A stretch of DNA of 64,000 nt, taken from NCBI GenBank assembly GCA_045534775.1, contig JAZSKI010000049.1:9254-73253 (forward strand). Direction: 5' to 3'. Positions 9,455 to 19,365 of this stretch are shown here, in pieces (position 1 is the stretch's first letter; every line of letters begins with the position of its first letter). Position numbers and translations under genes: made by a program. The stretch comes from Clostridia bacterium (GTDB lineage: Bacteria > Bacillota > Clostridia > RUG12999). The notes beneath the pieces are model-generated. The model was not told where the DNA came from and did not search any database. It was given only the letters and a program-made list of their open reading frames with translations.

Positions 9455-9463
9455 GAGGCGGAA

Positions 9464-10402
9464 ATGTTTTACAACCCTTATTCTGAATATTTAATGAAAA
9501 CTTATGGTGAAAAGGTATATAAGCTTCCTGTAAATCTTAAAACCACCTGTCCCAACCGTGACGGCACATCAGGCTATGGCGGTTGCATTTACTGCGGTGA
9601 AAAGGGTGCAGGCTTTGAAAATCTTTCAAACGACCTTTCGGTCACCGAACAGCTTCGCCGCAACGCCGAATATATCGGCAAAAAATATAATGCAAAGAAA
9701 TTTATCGCTTATTTCCAGAATTTCACCAACACCTATATGCCTGCAGATGAATTTGAAGGCTATGTAAAAGAGGCGACAAGCTGTAATATTATCGGTATTG
9801 ACGTTTCCACAAGACCCGATTGCATTTCAACTCAATATCTTGAAATTTTAAAAGAAACAGGACTTGACATTACCATTGAGCTTGGGCTTCAGACGGTGAA
9901 TTATCATACTCTGAAAAAAATTAACCGCGGTCACGGACTGGCTGAATTTATCGAAGCGGTGCTTCTCATAAAAAGCTACGGATTTAAAGTATGCACCCAC
10001 ATCATATTGGATTTGCCCTATGACAATATAACCGATGTTACAGAGGCCGCACGAATTTTATCGGCTCTTAAAATTGACTTTGTAAAGCTCCATTCCCTTT
10101 ACGTTGTCTATGATACTGTTTTAGACAACCTCTATACCAAAGGCGAAATTTCTCTTTTGTCGTACGAGGACTATATTGACCGATGTGTAGCCTTTTTGCG
10201 GAATTTAGATGAAAATATTGTAGTTCAACGACTAATCGGACGAGCTCCCAAAGAGGATTGCCGAATAGCGAATTTCAATATGAGCTGGTGGAGAATCAAG
10301 GATTTAACAGAAGAACGCTTCAAAACGGAAAATGCCCGTCAGGGCGATTTATGCGGCAGTCTTTGCGGCAGTGCCGTAAAAAAATTTGTAAAGAAGGATT
10401 AG
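9464..10402 (+). CDS. TIGR01212-family radical SAM protein (YhcC-like)
   Basis: 312 aa. The CPNRDG...GGCIYCG cysteine motif is characteristic of TIGR01212. Confidence 0.8.
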   Translation: MFYNPYSEYLMKTYGEKVYKLPVNLKTTCPNRDGTSGYGGCIYCGEKGAGFENLSNDLSVTEQLRRNAEYIGKKYNAKKFIAYFQNFTNTYMPADEFEGYVKEATSCNIIGIDVSTRPDCISTQYLEILKETGLDITIELGLQTVNYHTLKKINRGHGLAEFIEAVLLIKSYGFKVCTHIILDLPYDNITDVTEAARILSALKIDFVKLHSLYVVYDTVLDNLYTKGEISLLSYEDYIDRCVAFLRNLDENIVVQRLIGRAPKEDCRIANFNMSWWRIKDLTEERFKTENARQGDLCGSLCGSAVKKFVKKD

Positions 10403-10403
10403 A

Positions 10404-10892
10404 ATGTATTACGAAAAAGTAACCGATGCTATCGAAACCGTTGCCTCTCTTGCAGAGGAAATCTGGATTGAGCATTATAAGAAAATCATCCCCGAAGATA
10501 CCATCAGAATGATGGTGAAAAATCACCAGAGCAGTGATGCCATTGCAAAGAAAATTGCTGATGGATATGAGTATTTCTTAATATTTGACCCTTCGCCCGT
10601 AGGCTATTTCGCCGTAAAGGAAACAGAAAAAGGTCTATATCTGGATAAGGCATATCTTAAAAAAAGCAGCCGCAAAAAAGGCTATTTCAAAAAGATAATC
10701 TCAGATTTGTCGTCCAAAGGTTTTCCGAGAATTTACCTTTCCGTCAACAGTGAAAACGAAAGCTCTATCGCCGTTTATACCGCCTGCGGATTTAAAATCT
10801 GCGGTGAGTCTAAAAACGATTTCGGCGGCGGTGCTGTTTTTAAGGATTACATAATGGAAAAATTATTCAAAAATGATATTGCATATAAATAA
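10404..10892 (+). CDS. GNAT family N-acetyltransferase
   Basis: 162 aa with an acetyl-CoA binding core (RKKGYFKKII...). The start lies 1 nt after the upstream stop. Confidence 0.7.
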   Translation: MYYEKVTDAIETVASLAEEIWIEHYKKIIPEDTIRMMVKNHQSSDAIAKKIADGYEYFLIFDPSPVGYFAVKETEKGLYLDKAYLKKSSRKKGYFKKIISDLSSKGFPRIYLSVNSENESSIAVYTACGFKICGESKNDFGGGAVFKDYIMEKLFKNDIAYK

Positions 10893-10912
10893 AATATTGT
10901 ATAATAATATAC

Positions 10913-10941
10913 TTGAAATATTCACCAATTAGGTGTATAAT
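10913..10941 (+). promoter_or_regulatory. sigma-A promoter TTGAAA-17-TATAAT for nifS-nifU
   Basis: TTGAAA at 10913-10918, TATAAT at 10936-10941, with TG immediately upstream of the -10 box. Confidence 0.5.
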
Positions 10942-10976
10942 CAAAATATGTAATAATTTGACAAAGGATGGTACTT

Positions 10977-12140
10977 ATGAATACAGATATATATTTTGAC
11001 CACGCCGCCACTACTTATGTTAAACCGGAAGTGCTGGCGAAGATGCTTCCCTGCTATACCACTCATTTCGGTAATCCGTCCGGTGTTTATAAGGTAGGCA
11101 GAGAGGCTCGCGCCTTTGTGGACAAAGCCCGCGCCGATATAGCTATGTGTCTCGGCTGTCTGCCCGAAGAAATTTTCTTCACAGGCTGCGGTAGCGAAGC
11201 CGATAACTGGGCTATTACGGGAACAGCTTATGCTAATAAAAATAAAGGTAATCATATAATAACAACAGCCTTTGAACATCACGCCGTTCTTCATACCTGT
11301 CAGAAGCTTGAGAAAGAAGGCTTTGATGTAACTTATATAAAGCCCGATAAAAGCGGTTTAATTTCTCCCGATGACATCAGAAATGCCATCACCGATAAAA
11401 CTATACTTATTACTGTTATGTATGCCAATAATGAAATAGGCACAATTCAGCCTATCGCTGAAATCGGCGAAATTGCAAGAGAATTTAAAATCCTCTTCCA
11501 CACAGATGCAGTTCAGGCTGTAGGTACTCTCCCCATTGATTTACGTACCGTAAATATTGATATGATGTCTATGTCAGCACATAAATTCTACGGTCCGAAG
11601 GGTGTAGGCGCACTTTATATCAAAAAAGGCTGCCGTCCCGCAAACTTTATGCAAGGCGGTGCTCAGGAATCCGGCAGACGTGCAGGTACGGAAAACGTAG
11701 CAGGTATCGTAGGTATGGCAGAAGCACTTAAGCTTGCCTGTGCCAATATAGACGAAAACCGTCTCAAGCTATCTCAGATGAGAGATTATCTGATTACTGA
11801 GGTTTTAAATAAAATCCCTTATACCAGACTCAACGGTCACGTGACAAAGCGTCTCCCCGGAAACGCCAATTTCTCCTTTGAGTTTATCGAAGGCGAATCA
11901 CTTTTGCTTTTCCTTGATATGAACGGCATTGCGGCGTCCAGCGGCTCAGCCTGTACTTCAGGCTCTCTCGACCCGTCACACGTGCTTCTCTCCATTGGAA
12001 TACCCCACGAAATTGCCCACGGCTCCCTCCGCATTTCTCTCGGAGATTACAATACCTACGGGCAGATAGATTTTTTAATTGAAAAGCTTATTGAAATAGT
12101 GGCACGCCTTCGTGCTATGTCACCTTTATATAACGAATAG
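10977..12140 (+). CDS. nifS: cysteine desulfurase
   Basis: The PLP-lysine motif SAHKFYGPKG and the C-terminal active site SSGSACTS are present. ATG 10977 has the RBS AAAGGATGG 7 nt upstream, so it is preferred over the track start at GTG 10968. Confidence 0.85.
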   Translation: MNTDIYFDHAATTYVKPEVLAKMLPCYTTHFGNPSGVYKVGREARAFVDKARADIAMCLGCLPEEIFFTGCGSEADNWAITGTAYANKNKGNHIITTAFEHHAVLHTCQKLEKEGFDVTYIKPDKSGLISPDDIRNAITDKTILITVMYANNEIGTIQPIAEIGEIAREFKILFHTDAVQAVGTLPIDLRTVNIDMMSMSAHKFYGPKGVGALYIKKGCRPANFMQGGAQESGRRAGTENVAGIVGMAEALKLACANIDENRLKLSQMRDYLITEVLNKIPYTRLNGHVTKRLPGNANFSFEFIEGESLLLFLDMNGIAASSGSACTSGSLDPSHVLLSIGIPHEIAHGSLRISLGDYNTYGQIDFLIEKLIEIVARLRAMSPLYNE

Positions 12141-12155
12141 AAAGGAAGAAACATT

Positions 12156-12590
12156 ATGTATACAGAGCAGGTTATGGAGCATTTTGCAAATCCTCATAAC
12201 GTAGGCGAGGTTGAAAACGCCAACGCCGTAGGTCAGGTTGGTAATGCGAAATGCGGCGATATTATGAAAATGTCAATGTTGATTGAAGATAATATTATAA
12301 AAGATATTAAATTCAAAACCTTCGGATGCGGCGCGGCTATTGCAACCAGTAGCGTTGCCACCGATTTGGTTAAAGGAAAAACCATTGAAGAAGCGCTCAA
12401 AATCACTAACAAGCAGGTTATTGATATGTTAGGCGGTCTGCCTAAAGAAAAAATCCATTGCTCGGTTCTTGCCGAAGAAGCAATCCAAATGGCTATTCAG
12501 AACTACTATGAACGTCAGGGTCTGGAATTTCCGGGCAGCAGTCACAGATGTAACGGTTGCTGTGAAAGCTGCGGCGGTCACCACGAATAA
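12156..12590 (+). CDS. nifU: Fe-S cluster assembly scaffold NifU/IscU-like
   Basis: 144 aa with the IscU signature cysteines in GNAKCGD and FGCGAAIA and a Cys-rich C-terminus. Confidence 0.85.
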   Translation: MYTEQVMEHFANPHNVGEVENANAVGQVGNAKCGDIMKMSMLIEDNIIKDIKFKTFGCGAAIATSSVATDLVKGKTIEEALKITNKQVIDMLGGLPKEKIHCSVLAEEAIQMAIQNYYERQGLEFPGSSHRCNGCCESCGGHHE

Positions 12591-12597
12591 GTATTCA

Positions 12598-12632
12598 AAA
12601 AGGGGCTGTTTAAACAGCCCCTTTTAATTTTT
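12598..12632. terminator. bidirectional rho-independent terminator between convergent nifU and the ABC transporter gene
   Basis: aaaaaGGGGCTGtttaaaCAGCCCCtttt, with A/T runs on both sides. Confidence 0.65.
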
Positions 12633-14424
12633 ATTCATCTTCTTTAAAATTCAGCATTTCCTTAAACAAGCCTTCTTCACGGCTCAGCTCATCATAGCTT
12701 CCCGACTGGATTATTTCACCCTTATTGAACACCAGAATTTCATCTGCGTTTCTGATGGTGGTCAGTCTGTGTGCCACAATGATTACCGTATGAGATTTCA
12801 TCAGCTCGTTAATGGCGTTTTGAATGTGACGTTCAGATACGTTATCCAGCGCCGAGGTTGCCTCGTCAAAAATAAGAATATCAGGTTCCCCTAAAATAGC
12901 TCTTGCTATGGCAAGACGCTGTTTCTGACCGCCCGAAAGCCCGTAACCGCCATCGCCTACTATGGTATTCCAGCCCATGGGCAGGTCGTTGACAAATTCG
13001 TGGACTCTTGCCAGTTCCATTGCTTTGATAATATCCTGCATAGGTGCATCGGGGCAGGCTATTCTGATATTATCCATAATACTCATCTGGAAAATAAAGG
13101 GTTGTTGCGGAACGATACCTATACTCTTACGCAAATCGTGAAGACTGTACTTTTTAATATTACAACCGTGCATCTTGATTTCGCCGTCATTTACCTCGTA
13201 AAGTCGCATAATCAGCTTTATAAATGTACTCTTTCCGCTACCGGAGGAACCTACCAACCCGAAGCTTTTGTTATATTCAAGACTGCAGTTAAAGTTTTTA
13301 AATATTTTTCTGTCATCATAACCGAAGGTGACATCTTTAAATTCTATACAAGGTAAATCCTTTTCCGCGGCTCTTTTACGTTCTATCTCAATGCTGTGGC
13401 AACGCTCCGTTTCGGGAGTGCCGGAAGCCTCCTCCAAAATATCTTCAATCCGTTTAAGGCTGGCCTGTGCATTGGATTGAAGCAGACTTATGTTAAACCA
13501 GTTTGACATGGCATTCATAACAATACCCATGCTACTGATAAACGCCGTCAGCTCACCTAACGTGAGACCTCTGTAGATGCAAGAAATACCTCCCACGAGA
13601 TATATTGCCGCTACGCCGGCGCTCTGAACAAGCTCAGGTTTTGCACATTCTAACCATTGGGTAAAGGAAAGGTAGATACCCTTTTCTTTAAGCTGTTTTA
13701 TATATCCGTCAAATTTAATATGAACCTCATCCTCAACGGCATACATTTTAATGGCATCACTGCCGTGAATTACGTCGTTTATGTACTTGCTGGCTTCCGC
13801 CTCGCTTTTTAGCATTTCAGTTGAAATTTTTGTGATTTTTCCTCTTGCGGCAATATTTACACTTATGGTAATAAATGCTATGATGAGCATTAATACCGTC
13901 AGGAGCCAGTCATAGGAAAATAGGGCTACCAGCGATATAAGCGACGAAACTGCGTTCACCGGTATTGCAAGTGCAAACTGATGAAGAAAGTTCTTTAAAT
14001 TAGCCATTGGCGAGCCCATAATGTAGTTAAAAAGCTCTCCCGATGATGTGGTATCATAAAATCTCATACACAGATTTTGAATATGGCTGAAAAATTTTGA
14101 ACGCACATTGAACAAAAAGCCTTCAAGCCCTTTGAGAAGATTACGGAACCCTACTCCCCAAATCAACAGTCTTATGATATGCAATATCACATAGCCGCCA
14201 CACAGTATGGCTACCGTTTTGATTTTTTCTGCAGTCTGCAAAGCTTCATTAGCAATACCGTCATCAATAACATGTTTGATGACTATGTTCTGACTTGCCA
14301 CTATTGCGCCTGCAATCATAGCACCTATCATGGCAATAAAGAGATTCTTTTTGTTGTCTCCCACCAAGCTCCAGATGCTTTTCCAAAATCCGTTTTTAGC
14401 CTTCTTCTCCTTCATAAGAACCAT
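12631..14424 (-). CDS. ABC transporter, fused permease/ATP-binding (exporter type)
   Basis: 597 aa with 6 N-terminal TM segments, Walker A GSSGSGKST and the signature LSGGQKQRLAIARA. Confidence 0.85.
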   Translation of the reverse strand: MVLMKEKKAKNGFWKSIWSLVGDNKKNLFIAMIGAMIAGAIVASQNIVIKHVIDDGIANEALQTAEKIKTVAILCGGYVILHIIRLLIWGVGFRNLLKGLEGFLFNVRSKFFSHIQNLCMRFYDTTSSGELFNYIMGSPMANLKNFLHQFALAIPVNAVSSLISLVALFSYDWLLTVLMLIIAFITISVNIAARGKITKISTEMLKSEAEASKYINDVIHGSDAIKMYAVEDEVHIKFDGYIKQLKEKGIYLSFTQWLECAKPELVQSAGVAAIYLVGGISCIYRGLTLGELTAFISSMGIVMNAMSNWFNISLLQSNAQASLKRIEDILEEASGTPETERCHSIEIERKRAAEKDLPCIEFKDVTFGYDDRKIFKNFNCSLEYNKSFGLVGSSGSGKSTFIKLIMRLYEVNDGEIKMHGCNIKKYSLHDLRKSIGIVPQQPFIFQMSIMDNIRIACPDAPMQDIIKAMELARVHEFVNDLPMGWNTIVGDGGYGLSGGQKQRLAIARAILGEPDILIFDEATSALDNVSERHIQNAINELMKSHTVIIVAHRLTTIRNADEILVFNKGEIIQSGSYDELSREEGLFKEMLNFKEDE

Positions 14425-14467
14425 CTCCCCTGAAACGCTCGCACTATTATATTATTCAGTTTTCTTA

Positions 14468-14496
14468 AGTGTACCACATAACCTTTTATTTGTCAA
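14468..14496 (-). promoter_or_regulatory. sigma-A promoter TTGACA-17-TACACT (minus strand) for the ABC transporter gene
   Basis: The reverse complement of 14468-14496 gives TTGACAaataaaaggttatgtggTACACT. Confidence 0.4.
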
Positions 14497-14505
14497 CACT
14501 TTTTT

Positions 14506-17382
14506 CTATTTTTTCAAAATAATTTTTACGGTTCCAGAGAGGAGGGCTAAAACCACCTTGTCATCTGCATTTATTTCCGAAATATCCGTCTTTTTCAGCC
14601 TGCCGTTTTCTATTTCATAAACCACCGCCGAGGTGGTTGAGAAGTTCCTTTCGCCACCGGTTGACTCCGCTATAATGCGACCGTCATATTTTTTCAGTAC
14701 CTTACCCAAAAATACTGCTGTTTCTCCGAAGAAGAAATCCGCCGTTACAGTACCCCATTCGCCCGTTACCCATTCATAGAAATCTGTAGTATCGGCTGAA
14801 TGTAAAAACCGCACTGCATTTATTTCTCCTTTTTCGTCCGTACCGTATTGCAGAATATCGCCGACCGCAAGTGGGGTCCCCCCATCGCCCGGGTGCAGGA
14901 TTTTGTTTTTACAGGAACCTATTGCCGTTATATCTTCAATATCCCTTGCGGAAATTTTAATATCCGTTCCATTACTGAAGGTAAGCATATAAACCTCGTT
15001 TCCCGTTTCATCGAGGGTCACTTCTATTTCCCGGATTATGACAATTTCATTATAATTGGTAATATTCAGCATCTGGCTGTCCTTTTCGTGGACTATGACC
15101 GCCTCAGGTACATATTGTTCGTCTGTGCCGTAGATTTCTATATTATATCTGTTTGTAGCTTTGAAAAAATCTTTTTTCCTTACAAAGTAGCCTTCCTCGT
15201 AGGTTTTATCTTCGGGAATTACTATAATCTTTGTTTCGTCCGACAGGAAATATCTTGCGGCAAAAAGACTGTTGTGATAGAGACTGATGCTCTTATAATC
15301 CGCATTTTCCACGCTGAGGCTGCTTATTTTTCCGTCTCTCGCCAGGCTGTATTTTACGGTTTTCCCTTCAGGCGGCAGGGCAACGCCCTGCTTTAAAGTA
15401 AATATTTCTATTTTACCGCCGCCCGTAAAGAGTTTTATTTCCATATCATCCGAAATATTACCCGAGCTTCCCGTTTTTATCACATAGCCATAGTTTTCAT
15501 AGGGCGAGCTTTTAATATCGGCATAGAGGATTTTCCCCTGTCTGTCAAAATAAAAATATCCCCATTCACCCACCTGCGGTTGCGGTGTGTTTCCGAAGGC
15601 GGCTGAAACCGCGTAGGGTTTCCCGTCAATAATTAACTCCCTTTCACTTAAAGAGTCTAAGGTCCCGATGACCGCTTCCGTTGAAATTATAATTTCTGTC
15701 GCCCTGCCGTTTATGCTTCTTGCAATTTGCAGTACCTCGTCGGCATTATAGCTCAAATCATCTGTTTTTTCGCCGTCACGGATTACGGTTACCTGCCTGC
15801 AATCGGGCAAATTAAGCATAAGCTTTCCGCTGAATCTGCCGTAAACTTCTTTTTCGAGGCTTCCTCCGCTTTGGGCAACTACCGCAGTATAGCTTTTGAT
15901 TTTAACCGTTTCTGCAGGTGAACCGATAATCTCAGCCTCCCCGTCAGCAGGGCAATAATCGGCTAAATTGCAATCCCCTGCCGAGGCTAAAAACTCGCCG
16001 TTATATATAATTCTGGTATTGGGTGTGATGCTGACCCTTACGCCGCCACCTGCGATTTCGCTGTTATTAAACTCTTCAATATCATCTGCCGAAATCACCT
16101 TTACATCCTCTGTTTTATCAGTAAAATGTATAACCTTCCCCTCGTCATCCGCATAAAGCTTCACCCTATGACCCAACAGCTTTTTAATTCCTTCATCCCC
16201 GCAGCTATAGGTTTCAAAACCCAGTCGAATCTGAGTTTTCCTCACCGAGCTGTCACCCGTCAGGGCGGTTGTGCCGTTATCCGTCAAGAGAGACGTTACC
16301 GTATTAATTTTATGATAATATTTAAGAGCATTTACAGTTTTATCGTATACGATATTCTCTCCGAAGGAGCTTTGCTCCATAACCCTCGTTTCAAAAGCGT
16401 TTGCTAGAAGATTTACCATATCTCCTCTCGTTATATCGCCGTCTTTGACATTTTTCCCCAGCTTCAGCTCCCCGGCAATGGACAAATATCCTACGGGATA
16501 GCCGCCCGTGGTCTCGGCATAGTTACCATAGCCCAGTGCCGTTACAAGTATTTTTACGGCTTCCTTATAGCTGACAATCCTGTCCGGATAGAAAAGCCCG
16601 TCTGACGCTCCGGTGACAAGTCCATTTTCCACCCCTGCGTTTACATAAGGCGTATACCACGCTTCCTTAGCCACATCCTCAAAATAGGTGTAGCCACCGC
16701 CGTTTTCCGCATTAATCAGCTTTGCAACCGCAGTAATGTAGCCGGCACGGGTAACAGTCTCTTCAGGTCTGTAGCTACCGTCATCATAGCCGTTTAAGAT
16801 ACCGAGACTGTTTAAAAGCTTTAAGCTATCCAGCATATTTTCATCTGTTACATCAGCAAATTTTTCACTACCGCCCTTTTCGCCTCTGATAAAGCGAATA
16901 GCAGGGTTCCAGGAGTTTCCGCCCAAATTCTGAAATTCTATTTTTATGAATTTATCTTCGGTGTTTTTTATTTTATAGTCTATTGTCAGCCATTTATTTT
17001 CTATCTTGGGATGGATTTTAATGGACGGTTTAATTTGTCTGAACTTCTCCCCGTCCTCCGACAAATAGAAATTAAAATGAGACATTCCGTCACCGTCCCA
17101 GAAATAGGTTGAAACGGTAAGGTCGCATTGAATCGGGATTTCATATACAAGCCACTGTGGTGAAAGCTCCGTTCGCTGAATAAAACTGAAATCATCGGTG
17201 AAGCTTACCTCCTCATCCGTATGAGGGGTTGCCGTAAGCTTTTCACTATGAAAAACCGCACCGTCAAGGCTTGCGCAATCCTCAAAAAAAGGCAACGATA
17301 CCTCTTCTGCCGATACAGCGATCGGCAGAAGAAGTACTGACAGAATTATTAAAATATGTTTTTTTATATTACACTTTAACAT
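14506..17382 (-). CDS. large secreted cell-surface protein with N-terminal SLH (S-layer homology) domains
   Basis: Signal peptide MLKCNIKKHILIILSVLLLPIAVSA. Several SLH repeats are present (FADV...LGIL.GY.DG.YRP...TRAE...). The start is placed at the second Met (17382), which has a GGAG RBS. The ORF track starts at 17397, which would overlap the ilvD relic. Confidence 0.75.
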   Translation of the reverse strand: MLKCNIKKHILIILSVLLLPIAVSAEEVSLPFFEDCASLDGAVFHSEKLTATPHTDEEVSFTDDFSFIQRTELSPQWLVYEIPIQCDLTVSTYFWDGDGMSHFNFYLSEDGEKFRQIKPSIKIHPKIENKWLTIDYKIKNTEDKFIKIEFQNLGGNSWNPAIRFIRGEKGGSEKFADVTDENMLDSLKLLNSLGILNGYDDGSYRPEETVTRAGYITAVAKLINAENGGGYTYFEDVAKEAWYTPYVNAGVENGLVTGASDGLFYPDRIVSYKEAVKILVTALGYGNYAETTGGYPVGYLSIAGELKLGKNVKDGDITRGDMVNLLANAFETRVMEQSSFGENIVYDKTVNALKYYHKINTVTSLLTDNGTTALTGDSSVRKTQIRLGFETYSCGDEGIKKLLGHRVKLYADDEGKVIHFTDKTEDVKVISADDIEEFNNSEIAGGGVRVSITPNTRIIYNGEFLASAGDCNLADYCPADGEAEIIGSPAETVKIKSYTAVVAQSGGSLEKEVYGRFSGKLMLNLPDCRQVTVIRDGEKTDDLSYNADEVLQIARSINGRATEIIISTEAVIGTLDSLSERELIIDGKPYAVSAAFGNTPQPQVGEWGYFYFDRQGKILYADIKSSPYENYGYVIKTGSSGNISDDMEIKLFTGGGKIEIFTLKQGVALPPEGKTVKYSLARDGKISSLSVENADYKSISLYHNSLFAARYFLSDETKIIVIPEDKTYEEGYFVRKKDFFKATNRYNIEIYGTDEQYVPEAVIVHEKDSQMLNITNYNEIVIIREIEVTLDETGNEVYMLTFSNGTDIKISARDIEDITAIGSCKNKILHPGDGGTPLAVGDILQYGTDEKGEINAVRFLHSADTTDFYEWVTGEWGTVTADFFFGETAVFLGKVLKKYDGRIIAESTGGERNFSTTSAVVYEIENGRLKKTDISEINADDKVVLALLSGTVKIILKK

Positions 17383-17835
17383 CAAGCACAGCTCCATTTA
17401 TAGCAGAAGATACAAGCATTGCATAGCGGCTGAGATACCCTTCTTTGATTTTCATTTCGGGACAGTTCCATTCTTTCATTCGACTTGCGGTTTCCTCGTA
17501 GCGAATTATCGCCACATCAGCTTTTTCGATTTTACCGTCCATAATAGCAGCTATTGCCTCGTCCTCGCTGCCAAAACCTTTGCCTCTTATTCGTGTACCG
17601 GCATTTCCTCAGCAACAGCGGCACGTTTTGCCACACAGCCGTCCTTTGCGGCACGGGGTATTTTATACGTACGGATATGCCCGGGGATAATCTCATTAAA
17701 GGTACTCGCAACACCTGTAACAGGTCTTTTTATCTGTTCGCCCGTATATCCCATAGCATTAAGAAGGCTACGGTGAGAAGCTTTTTTTAAGCCCGTACCT
17801 CTCTTAAAATCAAACCTTTCAAAAGTTATATAATT
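17369..17835 (-). pseudogene. ilvD: dihydroxy-acid dehydratase (ilvD) relic: N-terminal ~65 codons fused to two C-terminal pieces, no start codon, internal stop/frameshift
   Basis: Minus-strand translation gives ...LKKASHRSLLNAMGYTGEQIKRPVTGVASTFNEIIPGHIRT... (IlvD residues ~10-75), then a stop, then in another frame GKGFGSEDEAIAAIMDGKIEKADVAIIRYE|ETASRMKEWNCPEMKIKEGYLSRYAMLVSSAINGAVLDV (IlvD ~395-420 joined to ~515-558). About 1.2 kb of ilvD is missing. Confidence 0.6.
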
Positions 17836-17893
17836 AGTATATCATATAGAAATTATAATTGCAAGAGTTATTTTAACAAAACCCGCGGAATAG

Positions 17894-18205
17894 TTAATTT
17901 CTTTCGTTACACACCTCTATGTAGAAGCTCACCGGTCTGAATCCGTCATTACAGGAAATCATAGCCGATTTTTCATTTTTCATCCAACCGTCGTAGAAGT
18001 TACCGCCGCCGGTTGCCAGCTCTTTTACAAAATATTCCATACTCTCCCAGGCAGAATCGCACATATTTTCAGGCTTTTCGCCGCGGACGGACATAAACTC
18101 CATACCGAGCCGCATTTCGCAGGCATGCTCGATTGGATTTTCATATTTTTCTATCAAATCCTCATACCGCATCATTTTCATAACGGTAATTTTTACGTCC
18201 TTCAT
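17894..18205 (-). CDS. hypothetical protein (103 aa, 4 Cys), last gene of PAS-Sir2-rhodanese operon
   Basis: 4-nt ATGA overlap with the upstream rhodanese gene. No family recognised. Confidence 0.5.
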   Translation of the reverse strand: MKDVKITVMKMMRYEDLIEKYENPIEHACEMRLGMEFMSVRGEKPENMCDSAWESMEYFVKELATGGGNFYDGWMKNEKSAMISCNDGFRPVSFYIEVCNERN

Positions 18206-18618
18206 TTCTCCACCTCATACTGCCAGTCAATGATACCGCCGAATTCTTTTACCTTGGTGTAGCCGAGCTTTACAAGGCTTTCCGATGCGATTTTACTTCT
18301 TCTGCCGCTACGGCAATATACAAGTATCTGCTTGTTTTTGTCCGAAATCACCCTTTCGGCTTCCGCCTCAATTTCGGTGTATGGAATTAAGATTGCTCCC
18401 GGAATATGTCCCTCGCAAAACTCGCTCTTTTCCCTTACATCAAGGATAATTATATCCTCGCCGCTATCCATTATCCTTTTTGCCTCTTCTGTTGAAATCT
18501 GTTCGTACATTACTATTCCTCCCTGCTTTGATACATTCTCACCGCCGTTATTATCCCCGCAAGCGGTGAGAAAAATACAAAACACAGCAGATATAATACA
18601 TAATATTTTCTTCATCAT
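18202..18618 (-). CDS. rhodanese-domain lipoprotein (sulfurtransferase-like)
   Basis: Signal peptide with lipobox LTAC. Single rhodanese domain with the active-site loop YCRSGRRS. Confidence 0.8.
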   Translation of the reverse strand: MMKKILCIISAVFCIFLTACGDNNGGENVSKQGGIVMYEQISTEEAKRIMDSGEDIIILDVREKSEFCEGHIPGAILIPYTEIEAEAERVISDKNKQILVYCRSGRRSKIASESLVKLGYTKVKEFGGIIDWQYEVEK

Positions 18619-19352
18619 AGTTTTTCCATCACCTTTTTGAATACCTCGCCGATATTTTCTCTTATTACCAAATCGGCGTGACCGTCGTATTCTGTTTCGG
18701 ATTTATTTATCATAACAATATATTTCCCTCTGAAATATCTTACAAAGGATGCGGCAGGGTACACCGCAAGGGATGTCCCTCCTACCACGAGCATATCCGC
18801 GTTTTCTATATGATACACCGCCGATTCCGCAATCCCCTCATAGAGTGCTTCGCCGTACAGTACAACCTGAGGCTTCATAATTCCGCCGCAGGAAACGCAT
18901 CTTGGTACATTTTTGTTTTTGATTTCCGACAAAAGCATATCTGTCGCTCCTTGTCTGCCGCAGGAAACGCAGGTAAATTTTTCTGCCGTTCCGTGAAGCT
19001 CAATTACATTTTTGCTACCCTCCCGTTGATGCAGTCCGTCTATGTTTTGGGTTATGACCGCCTTCAGCTTCCCCATTTTTTCAAGCTTTGCCAATGCTTT
19101 GTGGGCATCGTTGGGTTCTGCCTCGATTATAAAATATTTTCTGTAAAAATCATAAAAGGTTTCGGGATTTCGGAAAAAGAAATCGTGGCTTAAGATTTCT
19201 TCGGGTGGTATACCGTATTCTTTAACTGTATTATATAATCCGTCCCGACTCCTGTAATCCTTCACGCCGCTTTCGGTAGACACTCCCGCCCCTCCGAAGA
19301 AAGCTATTCTGTCACATTCTCTGACCATCTCTGTAAATTTTTCTATATTCAT
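18615..19352 (-). CDS. cobB: NAD-dependent protein deacylase, Sir2 family (CobB-like)
   Basis: 245 aa with GAGVSTESGVKDYRS, the Zn ribbon CVSCG...CVSCGG and a Rossmann fold. 4-nt overlap with the rhodanese gene. Confidence 0.85.
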   Translation of the reverse strand: MNIEKFTEMVRECDRIAFFGGAGVSTESGVKDYRSRDGLYNTVKEYGIPPEEILSHDFFFRNPETFYDFYRKYFIIEAEPNDAHKALAKLEKMGKLKAVITQNIDGLHQREGSKNVIELHGTAEKFTCVSCGRQGATDMLLSEIKNKNVPRCVSCGGIMKPQVVLYGEALYEGIAESAVYHIENADMLVVGGTSLAVYPAASFVRYFRGKYIVMINKSETEYDGHADLVIRENIGEVFKKVMEKL

Positions 19353-19365
19353 TTTACTTGCCTCG

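Noticed and set aside
10968-10976. GTG 10968 as the nifS start (ORF track)
   Set aside because: ATG 10977 has a well-spaced AAAGGATGG RBS and matches the conserved NifS N-terminus (MNTDIYFDHAATT). The GTG has no RBS.
18615-19352. Sir2 protein as an anti-phage defence effector (Thoeris ThsA / DSR / SIR2-HerA)
   Set aside because: The sequence is a canonical short CobB-type sirtuin with Zn ribbon and catalytic His. It has no SLOG, TIR, HerA, pAgo or large N-terminal extension, and its neighbours are PAS/rhodanese, not defence genes.
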